The notes beneath the pieces are model-generated. The model did not search any database. It saw only the letters and a list, made by a program, of their open reading frames with translations, and was not told the origin of the DNA. 64,000 nucleotides of DNA from a virus: IMG/VR virus record IMGVR_UViG_3300048999_000166, positions 32,001 to 96,000 of that record; one strand, written 5' to 3'. Both the position numbers and the translations under genes were made by a program. Positions 1-7,716 of this stretch are shown piece after piece (position 1 is the stretch's first letter; each line of letters starts with the position of its first letter).

Positions 1-1047
1 GTGCGCCGCGAGCGGATGGAACAGTCCGACGTCGACCCGGACGGCCCCGTCCAGATGGCGATCGATCCAGACATCGCCAAGGGCAAGTACTCCGCCGAGC
101 AGCTCCGTTCGATGCTCAGCGCCGGCAAGGCGATGAAGAACCCGCAGGGGGAGCCCAGCTACCCCATCGGGGACAAGGAAGACCTCTCCAACGCGATCCA
201 TGCGGTTGGCCGCGGCAGCGGCAGCCACGACTCGATCCGTGCCTACATCAAGCGTCGAGCGAAGGCTCTCGGCGCGAGCGACATGATCCCGGACAGCTGG
301 TCCGGGTCCAGCAAGGCTGCCGATACCGACGTGGCCAAGGAAGGAAATCAGACGATGACCGTTGACGCCGCCGAGGCCCCCGACGTGGAGAAGACCATCG
401 ACACCGACGTGACCCCCGAGGCCCCGGAGGCTGACGCTCCCGAGAGCGATATCGCTCCGGAGACCGAGAACAAGACCGTCGAACCCGATGAGGCGCCGGC
501 CGAGGACGCCCCCGAGGGTGACGCCGCGCCGGACGTCGATAAGTCGGCTGGCGCTGACGTGGAGTCGCCCGATGTGATCACCAAGGGCGCAGCCCAAGAC
601 GTTCTCGTTCAGATGTTCAAGGCTCTGACCGAGGAGGGATCGGAGGTTCTCAAGGCGTTGAGCACCGCTCTTCGCCAGGAAGACTCTCCGCTCCGCAAGG
701 TGTTCCATGACGATCTGCTTGTCAAGTCCATCAAGGACGATCTTGACAACAAGGAGTCTGATCTGCGTAATATGATCGTGGACATCACGGAGGCATCGAC
801 GAAGTCCACCGCGAAGGCGCTTGGCGACGAACTGGGCGCGCGGTTGGAAAAGGTCGAGGCGATGGCCACTCCCGGCGGACCGTCCCTGCGGCGGACCGAG
901 GTTGAGCGTGTCAATGCACGCAAGTCCGATCTGTCCCGCGAGGTCATGCGCTACAAGGCGCTGGCGAACGCGTCGGAGGACCCGGATCTGCGCAAGGGCT
1001 ACACGCAGAAGGCCCTGCAGGTTGACGCTGAGTTGAAGGCTCTGTAA
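1..1047 (+). CDS. Capsid scaffold / prohead protease C-terminal part (5' truncated by the window)
   Basis: Open from base 1. Acidic Pro/Ala/Glu-rich linker followed by a helical C-terminus ending GGPSLRR..., directly upstream of the capsid gene. Confidence 0.6.
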   Translation: MRRERMEQSDVDPDGPVQMAIDPDIAKGKYSAEQLRSMLSAGKAMKNPQGEPSYPIGDKEDLSNAIHAVGRGSGSHDSIRAYIKRRAKALGASDMIPDSWSGSSKAADTDVAKEGNQTMTVDAAEAPDVEKTIDTDVTPEAPEADAPESDIAPETENKTVEPDEAPAEDAPEGDAAPDVDKSAGADVESPDVITKGAAQDVLVQMFKALTEEGSEVLKALSTALRQEDSPLRKVFHDDLLVKSIKDDLDNKESDLRNMIVDITEASTKSTAKALGDELGARLEKVEAMATPGGPSLRRTEVERVNARKSDLSREVMRYKALANASEDPDLRKGYTQKALQVDAELKAL

Positions 1048-1083
1048 CTCCTCCATTGATGTTCAATTAAGCAAAGGACAGAC

Positions 1084-2793
1084 ATGATTCCCAAGACTGG
1101 GGATATGTTCGGCGATGCGGATAACCCGCTTGAGATCGCCGAGCGTTTTGAAGGCTATAAGGCCGCGCTGACTAAGTCCGCGCATAACCCGCTCCCGACT
1201 CCGGGTGTTCCGACCCTTGAGGGTCAGGCATCCAACCCGATGCTGGAGCTGCAGAAGTCTCTGGGCTCTGACATCGTCCAGAAGGCGCTCTCGGCTGAGC
1301 TGCTGGAGTCGGTGCGCAATTCGCTGGCTAGCGCTGACATCCAGAAGGACCTGCTGGTCGGTACCGGTGGCGCGCTGGGTGGTACTGGTGGTCTGAACGC
1401 TTACGACCTCGAAGCTCCCGCGAAGCTTCTGGCCCCTCGTCCGACGCCGCTGCGTAACCGCATCGCGCGCCGTAAGGGCGTCGGTACGGCTCACCAGTAC
1501 AAGCGGATCACCGGCTTTACTGGTACCGGTACCGGCGGTCTTTCTCTGTTGCGGCCCGGCATTACTGAGTCCACGCAAACCGCGTTCGGTGGAGTCAGTT
1601 ACCTGCGCGGTCCGAAGATCTCGTACGCTGGCGACCAGGCGTCCGTTCCTTACATGCAGTTCGGCGTGTCGGACCAGGTCTCCTGGGCCGCGCAGTTCTC
1701 CGGCCAGGGTTACCAGGACATTCGTCAGCTCTCGCAGACGTCCGTCCTGTACTCCTCGATGCTGCTCGAAGAGCGCATGCTGCTCGGTGGTCGTGGTACT
1801 GGCTCCGGCTTCGCTGGTGCGCTCGCCGCCCCGACTCCGGTCGCATTCGGTACGCCCGCTTCGGCGGCCGCCGGCCAGACCGGTATCACCGGCCTGACCA
1901 CCAACCTCTACGCGCTGGTGACCGCTGAGTCGGTCTGGGGCGAGTCGGTGCTGTCGAGCGTGGCGAACGTGGCCATCACCAACGGCCAGGTCGTCACGTT
2001 GTCCGCGACGTTGCCCGCTGGTGCGACCGGCATGAAGGTTTATCTTGCCACTGCCGCATCTTTGCCCGGCGCCAATACCGCGTATCACTTCTACGGTCGC
2101 TTCAGCGGCGGCAGTACGGTGATCCAGGGCGCGGTACCGACCACTACCGCCACTGCCGCCGTGGTGTCCACCAACGGCGACACCTCGGGCTCAGCGCTGG
2201 ACTACGACGGCATCTTGACGTACTGCACCGGGCCGAACTCCGGCTACGTGCAGAACATCAGTGCCATCTCCAACGGCGCCTCCTCGGGCGCGGTCAATGG
2301 TGGCCTGAACGTCAACAACCCGGGTGCTGAGTTCTTCTCGGCCTTCGCGGCGCTGTACGACAGCGTGAAGGCGGACCCGGACGAGGTGCTGGCGAATGGT
2401 AACGACCGCAAGCAGCTGTCGGACCTGCTGAAGACGTCGTCCAGCTCGAACTACCAGATCAGCCTGATTAACGCGCCTGGTACTGAAGGCGTGCACGATG
2501 CTCACCTGGGCTCGTTGGTGACCGGCCTTCAGAACGAGGTCACCGGCAAGATGGTGAATGTCACCGTGCACCCCTGGCTGCCTCAGGGCAATATGCCGAT
2601 CATTTCCTGGACGCTTCCTCTGCCGGACTCGAACATTTCCGATGTGTTCGCGGTCTACAATGTTCAGGATTACATGGCCATCGAATGGCCGGTCACGCAG
2701 TTCGCCTATGAGACCAGCTCGTACTGGTACGGAACAATGGTTTGTTACGCTCCGGCGTGGCAGGGTGCAATCACAGGAATCACCAAGATCTAA
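1084..2793 (+). CDS. Major capsid protein
   Basis: 569 aa, RBS AAAGGA. Contains LNAYDLEAPAKLLAPRPTPLRNRIAR and C-terminal VYNVQDYMAIEWP...CYAPAWQGAITGI, typical of HK97-fold capsids of this family. Followed by a terminator. Confidence 0.8.
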   Translation: MIPKTGDMFGDADNPLEIAERFEGYKAALTKSAHNPLPTPGVPTLEGQASNPMLELQKSLGSDIVQKALSAELLESVRNSLASADIQKDLLVGTGGALGGTGGLNAYDLEAPAKLLAPRPTPLRNRIARRKGVGTAHQYKRITGFTGTGTGGLSLLRPGITESTQTAFGGVSYLRGPKISYAGDQASVPYMQFGVSDQVSWAAQFSGQGYQDIRQLSQTSVLYSSMLLEERMLLGGRGTGSGFAGALAAPTPVAFGTPASAAAGQTGITGLTTNLYALVTAESVWGESVLSSVANVAITNGQVVTLSATLPAGATGMKVYLATAASLPGANTAYHFYGRFSGGSTVIQGAVPTTTATAAVVSTNGDTSGSALDYDGILTYCTGPNSGYVQNISAISNGASSGAVNGGLNVNNPGAEFFSAFAALYDSVKADPDEVLANGNDRKQLSDLLKTSSSSNYQISLINAPGTEGVHDAHLGSLVTGLQNEVTGKMVNVTVHPWLPQGNMPIISWTLPLPDSNISDVFAVYNVQDYMAIEWPVTQFAYETSSYWYGTMVCYAPAWQGAITGITKI

Positions 2794-2802
2794 GTATTAC
2801 CC

Positions 2803-2837
2803 AGAAAGGGCGTCTCTCACGTAGAGGCGCCCTTTCT
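2803..2837. terminator. Intrinsic terminator-like hairpin after the capsid gene
   Basis: agaaagggcgtctct-cacgt-agaggcgccctttct. Confidence 0.7.
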
Positions 2838-2853
2838 GCTGTTCATCCACAAT

Positions 2854-3132
2854 TTGAAAGGCTTCTTCATGCCCGAGGACGACAAGAGCACACCAGTAAG
2901 ACGTGGGCCTGGTCGGCCCCGGAAAGTGCAGGAGCCACCGAAGCCTGAGGTCAAGGTGGAGGTCCCGGAGAATACAGAGGTGGCGGTCGAGGTCAGGTCG
3001 GAGCCGACGCACGATCCGGAAGACCCCCGCATCGGTCAGTCGTGTGATCCGGACTGGTCCGTAGTCGCGTTCAGCGACACCGACCGCATGTACCGCTGTG
3101 AGAACGGTGTGATTGTCGAAAGGGTTCGATAA
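2854..3132 (+). CDS. Small virion-module protein
   Basis: 92 aa ORF with an RRGPGRPRK AT-hook-like motif, co-oriented in the head module. Confidence 0.5.
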   Translation: MKGFFMPEDDKSTPVRRGPGRPRKVQEPPKPEVKVEVPENTEVAVEVRSEPTHDPEDPRIGQSCDPDWSVVAFSDTDRMYRCENGVIVERVR

Positions 3133-3507
3133 ATGGCTAAGTATATATGTGAGAGTTCATCTGGTCAGCTAACTGTTGTTCCTTCGTCGACTCTGCAACT
3201 GCTCCGAGTTGAGCCATTTATCGCTACTGTTGGCGCTCGTCTGACACTGGCGCGGGTGACCAGCCCCACCTTTTCAGGAGGTAGCGCAGGGCAGGACGCG
3301 CCGCTTCTCGATGGAGGTCGCGCTTCCGGGTGTGCACTGACTACCTCCGTTCAGCCCAGTGGCACGTTTGAGTGGCTCCAGAGTTGGGATGCAAGCAGGG
3401 GACCAATCAATTTTTCTGACTTGACGATAACCGTCGGAGCTGGTGTTGGGCTTTACTTTCAGTCCCTATTCCCCAGCTTCGATTTTGGTGTTATTTACTC
3501 GGTTTAG
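3133..3507 (+). CDS. Hypothetical beta-rich protein
   Basis: 124 aa, abuts the previous stop codon; codons are visibly more AT-rich than in neighbouring genes. Confidence 0.5.
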   Translation: MAKYICESSSGQLTVVPSSTLQLLRVEPFIATVGARLTLARVTSPTFSGGSAGQDAPLLDGGRASGCALTTSVQPSGTFEWLQSWDASRGPINFSDLTITVGAGVGLYFQSLFPSFDFGVIYSV

Positions 3508-3516
3508 GAGTTCCTG

Positions 3517-3771
3517 ATGCCCCGTCTACTCTCCCCTGATGACGCCTGCATCTCCGTCAAGGTGCCGACCGCTCGCGGTGAACGCCAATACGACGGCCGG
3601 ACCATTAACGTCACGGATCCGACGCACATTCGAATGCTCAAGAGCCAGGGCTACGTTCTGGCCGATGCCTCTGGCGGTCCGTCGCGCGTGCGTGGGTTCG
3701 ACTGCGAGTGCGGATTTAGTTCGTTTTTCCGTAAGTGCGGCCGATGCGGTCGCACGAATGATAAGGAGTGA
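3517..3771 (+). CDS. Small Zn-ribbon protein of the head module
   Basis: RBS AGGAG; CECG...CGRCG motif. Confidence 0.6.
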   Translation: MPRLLSPDDACISVKVPTARGERQYDGRTINVTDPTHIRMLKSQGYVLADASGGPSRVRGFDCECGFSSFFRKCGRCGRTNDKE

Positions 3772-4001
3772 CTGTCATGGCTGACACCGAGAAGCAGGAC
3801 GCCGCGAAGGAAGAGACCACTCGCAAGGAGGCCGCCAAGGCAGCCGAGGAGCAGGCCAAGCAGAACGAGGCCGACCTCGACACCTTCGCGTCCTTCCACC
3901 GCGGTGAGGCGCTCGCGCGTGGCGAGGGCGGGTCCCTCGACCTCCCGGCTTTCCTGGCGGCTCGCGAGGCCGAGAAGGACGCAGCCAAGGACAAGGACTA
4001 G
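3768..4001 (+). CDS. Hypothetical charged protein
   Basis: GTGA overlap with the upstream gene; the ATG at 3777 is an alternative start. Confidence 0.55.
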   Translation: MTVMADTEKQDAAKEETTRKEAAKAAEEQAKQNEADLDTFASFHRGEALARGEGGSLDLPAFLAAREAEKDAAKDKD

Positions 4002-4027
4002 CTCCCCGTCGGCCGAAGGAGTAATCC

Positions 4028-4324
4028 GTGGCGACCTATCTACCGACCGTCAACTTGGCCCCGCTGTTCAACTTCGTCCAGTTCACGACCGGTGGTGGGG
4101 CCTCGGCCCTGCAGACCGCGCTGAACGCGATGTCGGGCGTGACCAACGTGCAGTGTTTCGCCGACGCTCAGACCTCGGGGAACGCGCTCGTGGTGCACAA
4201 CGAGACCACCGTGTTCTCGGTGCCCCCGAACAACTACGTCGGATTCAACCAAGGGCAGTGGACGCAGTACCCAGCCGCGAAGCTGGCCGGCGGCGCGAAC
4301 AGCACCTTCACCGCATACCCCTAA
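4028..4324 (+). CDS. Hypothetical virion-module protein
   Basis: RBS GAAGGAG, strong GC3 bias, 98 aa. Confidence 0.6.
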   Translation: MATYLPTVNLAPLFNFVQFTTGGGASALQTALNAMSGVTNVQCFADAQTSGNALVVHNETTVFSVPPNNYVGFNQGQWTQYPAAKLAGGANSTFTAYP

Positions 4325-4342
4325 CTGAACAGGAGGCACGCC

Positions 4343-5194
4343 ATGACCGCGCCCACCATCGCCTCCGTCTCCACCATGGGGCAGACCGTCCCGTACATCA
4401 CGGTGGCGGAGCTGAAGCGCTCCCCGATCTCCACCCAGCTGCGCAAGCTGGTGCCCGGCTCCTCGGACGCCGATCGGGACGCTGAGCTAGCTCGGATCAT
4501 CATGCGTGTCTCCGCGATGATGAATTCGGAGGTCACCCAGAACCTGGCCGCCACGGTGGATACCGAGGTCGGCCGGGTTCGGGTGTCCGACGACGGGGAT
4601 CTGCGCATCCATTGCCGCAGCAACCCGATCATCGAGGTGCGCTCGATCTCGATCGGCACCGAGGTGCGGTCGCTGACCGAGTTCTCTGACCCCGCCAACC
4701 AGGTCGTGCTCGATCCGTGGCGCATCACCATCCCGCGCTGTGTGGGCGGGAACTGGCGCGCGGGCACCCGGCTCTGGGCCAAGTGGACCTACGTCAACGG
4801 TTACCCGGTCACCACGCTGGCGCAGCCCGTGGCCGCCGGTGACACCCAGATCGTTGTCAGCAATCCACTCGGCATCGAGCCGGGCATCACCGACCTCACC
4901 ATCGAGGACGGGAAGTGGATCGAGGAACACATCGTCCCGACGGCGGTAACCGGCAACGTCCTCACCGTCGAGCCCCTGATGTTCCCGCACGAGGTAGGGG
5001 TGGGGTGCACCGCGCTCCCGAACGACCTCAAGGAAGCGACGCTGCTGCTCATCTCGCGGCTGCACGACACCTGGAGCTTGTCGATGGGCGCGATCACCCA
5101 TGACGGGACGGGCGCCAGCGTTCCGGGCGCGCGGGTGAAGCGCGCGATGTGCGACGCGGCGGTCATGTTGTCTCCGTATCGGCGGATGTGGTGA
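4343..5194 (+). CDS. Head-tail adaptor (neck) protein
   Basis: RBS AGGAGG; N-terminal PYITVAELK and C-terminal LPNDLKEATLLL...MLSPYRR resemble gp15/gp6-like adaptors; position fits. Confidence 0.65.
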   Translation: MTAPTIASVSTMGQTVPYITVAELKRSPISTQLRKLVPGSSDADRDAELARIIMRVSAMMNSEVTQNLAATVDTEVGRVRVSDDGDLRIHCRSNPIIEVRSISIGTEVRSLTEFSDPANQVVLDPWRITIPRCVGGNWRAGTRLWAKWTYVNGYPVTTLAQPVAAGDTQIVVSNPLGIEPGITDLTIEDGKWIEEHIVPTAVTGNVLTVEPLMFPHEVGVGCTALPNDLKEATLLLISRLHDTWSLSMGAITHDGTGASVPGARVKRAMCDAAVMLSPYRRMW

Positions 5195-5604
5195 GCCGGT
5201 ACAACGACGTCCGCAAGAGCCTCGGTGGGGCCGCGCAACAATGGCTCGGCTCCATCGGGGTGGAGCAGCCGGCCATGAACGTATACAACTACGTTCCGCG
5301 CACCCTGATCCCGCCCTCGGTGATTATCCAGCCGGTCGCGCAGCGGACGCTCAGCTATCTGGATGTGCTGGGCCAGGGCAACCTGGCCGACTGGTACTTC
5401 CATGTACTGATCGTCGTGGGGCTCGTCGATGAAGAAGCCGCCCAGGAACTGATGGGCGACATCATCTCCCCCGGGTCATCGCTGATATACGCCTTGCAGG
5501 AATGTATGCGATTCGTGCAGGTAGTCGATGGATCCGTCGCCGAGATGATGTTCGATGGCGCGCTCCACGCTTACGCGAGAATTAACGTCAAGATTAAGGC
5601 GTAG
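5191..5604 (+). CDS. Tail terminator / neck protein
   Basis: GTGA overlap with the adaptor stop; VYNYVPRTLIPPSVIIQP pattern; lies upstream of the major tail gene. Confidence 0.5.
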   Translation: MSRYNDVRKSLGGAAQQWLGSIGVEQPAMNVYNYVPRTLIPPSVIIQPVAQRTLSYLDVLGQGNLADWYFHVLIVVGLVDEEAAQELMGDIISPGSSLIYALQECMRFVQVVDGSVAEMMFDGALHAYARINVKIKA

Positions 5605-5617
5605 TTCTCTTTACGCT

Positions 5618-5645
5618 CGGCCCCCTTCTGGGGGCTTTTTTATTG
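5618..5645 (+). terminator. Intrinsic terminator
   Basis: gccccc-ttct-gggggc followed by tttttt. Confidence 0.7.
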
Positions 5646-5667
5646 CCCTCACACAGGAAGGTGGCTC

Positions 5668-5898
5668 GTGGCAGGAAAGAGTTACCCCGTGCTTCGACCG
5701 TTCCGGTGGGCAGATCCGAAGTCGGGAACTGACACCCATTACGACCCTGAAGGGGATAACAGCACCTTCTCTGGACCGGTCACGGACGACATGACCAGCC
5801 CGGAGGGTCCCGATGGTCGGGGCCCCCTGCTCGGGGATGAGACATCCGATAAGGCGAGTACTTCTACCGCCGCGGCCAGCACCTCCAAGGAGAAGTAA
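5668..5898 (+). CDS. Small protein preceding the major tail gene
   Basis: RBS GGAAGG, 76 aa, ends 2 nt before the major tail ATG. Confidence 0.55.
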   Translation: MAGKSYPVLRPFRWADPKSGTDTHYDPEGDNSTFSGPVTDDMTSPEGPDGRGPLLGDETSDKASTSTAAASTSKEK

Positions 5899-5900
5899 CA

Positions 5901-6680
5901 ATGGCCATCGACCTTAACCAGGTGACCGATGTCTACCCCGCGTACAAGACGCAGTGGGGCATCGAGCAGTACCTGTTCGGCGCACAGGGTAACGATCTGG
6001 AGCACAGCCGCAAGGCGGACAAGATTGACGGCTCCGGTTTCGGTACGCGGGTGCGCAACTCGCTGCCCGGTCTTCAGGATGGCTCTCTGAAGATCAAGGG
6101 CCTGGCCGCCATGGAAAAGGGCGCGCTGAACTGGCAAGTCAACCAGTGGTTCGGGCGCAAGTCCCCGATCAATGCTTGGTACGCCACTCAGGGGCTGACC
6201 GCGCTTTCCCCGATCACCATGCAGCCCAGCTCGATCATCGATGCCTCCATCAGCGCAAAGCTGAAGGACGCTGTTGATTTTAGCTTGGAGTTGGACGCGC
6301 GCGGCGCCTACAACGACGGTGTCATCCTGCTGTCGCCGAGTACCCCGCTCACCACCGCTTCGGGCACCGGCTCGCTGGATGACAACACCCTCTTCGGTGG
6401 CGCCACCCAGACCGGAGCCGCGGCTCAGCTGCACGTGTGGGCGATCGATGGCGGCACCAGCCCCGCGTCCGCGATCAAGATCCAGCACTCCACCGACGGC
6501 ACCACCTGGGTTGACCTGATCACCTTCAGCTCGGTGACCGCGATCGGGAGCCAGCGGGTCACGCTGCCCTCGACCACGGTGGTCAACGCGAAGGTGCAGG
6601 CGATCTGGACGAACACCGGCAGCCCGACCGGCGTGCAGGTGCTGCTCGGGTTCGCTCGCGGCGTCAACCTCGACGTCTAA
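5901..6680 (+). CDS. Major tail protein
   Basis: 259 aa; SGFGTRVRNSLPGLQDGSLKIKG and beta-rich pattern typical of tail tube proteins; upstream of the chaperone and tape measure genes. Confidence 0.75.
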   Translation: MAIDLNQVTDVYPAYKTQWGIEQYLFGAQGNDLEHSRKADKIDGSGFGTRVRNSLPGLQDGSLKIKGLAAMEKGALNWQVNQWFGRKSPINAWYATQGLTALSPITMQPSSIIDASISAKLKDAVDFSLELDARGAYNDGVILLSPSTPLTTASGTGSLDDNTLFGGATQTGAAAQLHVWAIDGGTSPASAIKIQHSTDGTTWVDLITFSSVTAIGSQRVTLPSTTVVNAKVQAIWTNTGSPTGVQVLLGFARGVNLDV

Positions 6681-6684
6681 ACCC

Positions 6685-6942
6685 GTGCCGGAGTTCAACT
6701 CCGAGGCGGAATGGCGCGACTGGGTAAAGGCGGTCTGTACCAGCACTACACAGTTCGCCAGCGACGGGATCGCGGCAGTCAAGAGAATGCTCGATCCGCA
6801 CAATGCCATGGAAATGGATTGTCGGGTCAAGAAACACCCTGACTGCTGCGTTCTCTGCCGCCTCAACGATGACTGCGACAAAATCCCCCTGCATGTGCGG
6901 TGCCGTTGCACCCCAGAAATGTATTTCAAATTTGAAGACTAA
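6685..6942 (+). CDS. Small Cys-rich protein with a MuF-like C-terminal motif
   Basis: CCVLC...KIPLHVRCRC resembles the CxxC...P-H-x-x-CRC motif of MuF/minor head proteins. Confidence 0.45.
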   Translation: MPEFNSEAEWRDWVKAVCTSTTQFASDGIAAVKRMLDPHNAMEMDCRVKKHPDCCVLCRLNDDCDKIPLHVRCRCTPEMYFKFED

Positions 6943-6973
6943 CCGTAGATCGAGGAGGGGGAGGATACCCCGA

Positions 6974-7438
6974 ATGCCTGACACTGATGTCGCTGATGTC
7001 CCGGAGCTAGAAGTGGTCGACGCGGAAGTACCAGAGGAGGACGAGGAGGAGTTTGAACTCGTCACCAGCGCTCGTCAGCTCGCTCCCCCTCCGAAGCTGC
7101 GGACCGAAAAGGTCACCCTCAAGGACTGGCCGACCGTCTCCGGGAAGCCCGCTCGGTTCATCCTGTGGGAGATGACCGCGTCCGACTACGAGGACTTCTT
7201 CGACGCGGGCCGCATCTACAAGGATGGCGCCTTCGTCCGTTACAGCTCCAAGTTCGAGGATCTCCGCTTCCTGGCGTGGACCGTGCGCGACCAGTACGGG
7301 AACCGCCTGTGGTCGACCGTTGACATCGCCAAGGCCCAGCTCGGAGGGGTGGGTCGGGCCACCCTGAACCAGCTGCTGAACGCGGCCAACCGGGTCAACA
7401 GCGCGAAGGTGGCTAGCTCCTCGGGAAACTCCGACTAA
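6974..7438 (+). CDS. Tail assembly chaperone (short form)
   Basis: ATG 6974 with RBS GGAGG (preferred over the ORF-track start at 6803); acidic protein ending at a slippery site. Confidence 0.75.
   Translation: MPDTDVADVPELEVVDAEVPEEDEEEFELVTSARQLAPPPKLRTEKVTLKDWPTVSGKPARFILWEMTASDYEDFFDAGRIYKDGAFVRYSSKFEDLRFLAWTVRDQYGNRLWSTVDIAKAQLGGVGRATLNQLLNAANRVNSAKVASSSGNSD
7423..7429 (+). other. Programmed -1 ribosomal frameshift site G GGA AAC
   Basis: The X XXY YYZ heptamer is in the chaperone frame; a -1 shift reads GKLRLNPDELVAYDLAW, in frame with ORF 7450-7701. Confidence 0.8.
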
Positions 7439-7701
7439 ACCCAGACGAGTTGGTTGCCTACGACCTAGCGTGGGCACTGGGTTTTGCACACCCCGACATT
7501 CTGCGTGAACAATTGTCTAGGTCGCAGTGGTTGGGGTGGCTGCAATGGATGGTCGTCAGAGGTCCTATCGGCCCACAGCGTATCGATTACTACACCTCCT
7601 TCTTGGCGCGGTATTCCGGCGGTACTTACCCGGCGGAGATCACCGTTGAAGAATTCGCTATGCCGTGGGACGAGTCCAATCCGGACAAATACAGGAAGTA
7701 G
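7423..7701 (+). CDS. Tail assembly chaperone frameshift extension
   Basis: The -1 frame is open from the slip site to 7701; the 7450 ORF has only a TTG start and no RBS. Confidence 0.7.
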   Translation, partial: GKLRLNPDELVAYDLAWALGFAHPDILREQLSRSQWLGWLQWMVVRGPIGPQRIDYYTSFLARYSGGTYPAEITVEEFAMPWDESNPDKYRK

Positions 7702-7716
7702 CGGGGGGAGTGCATC

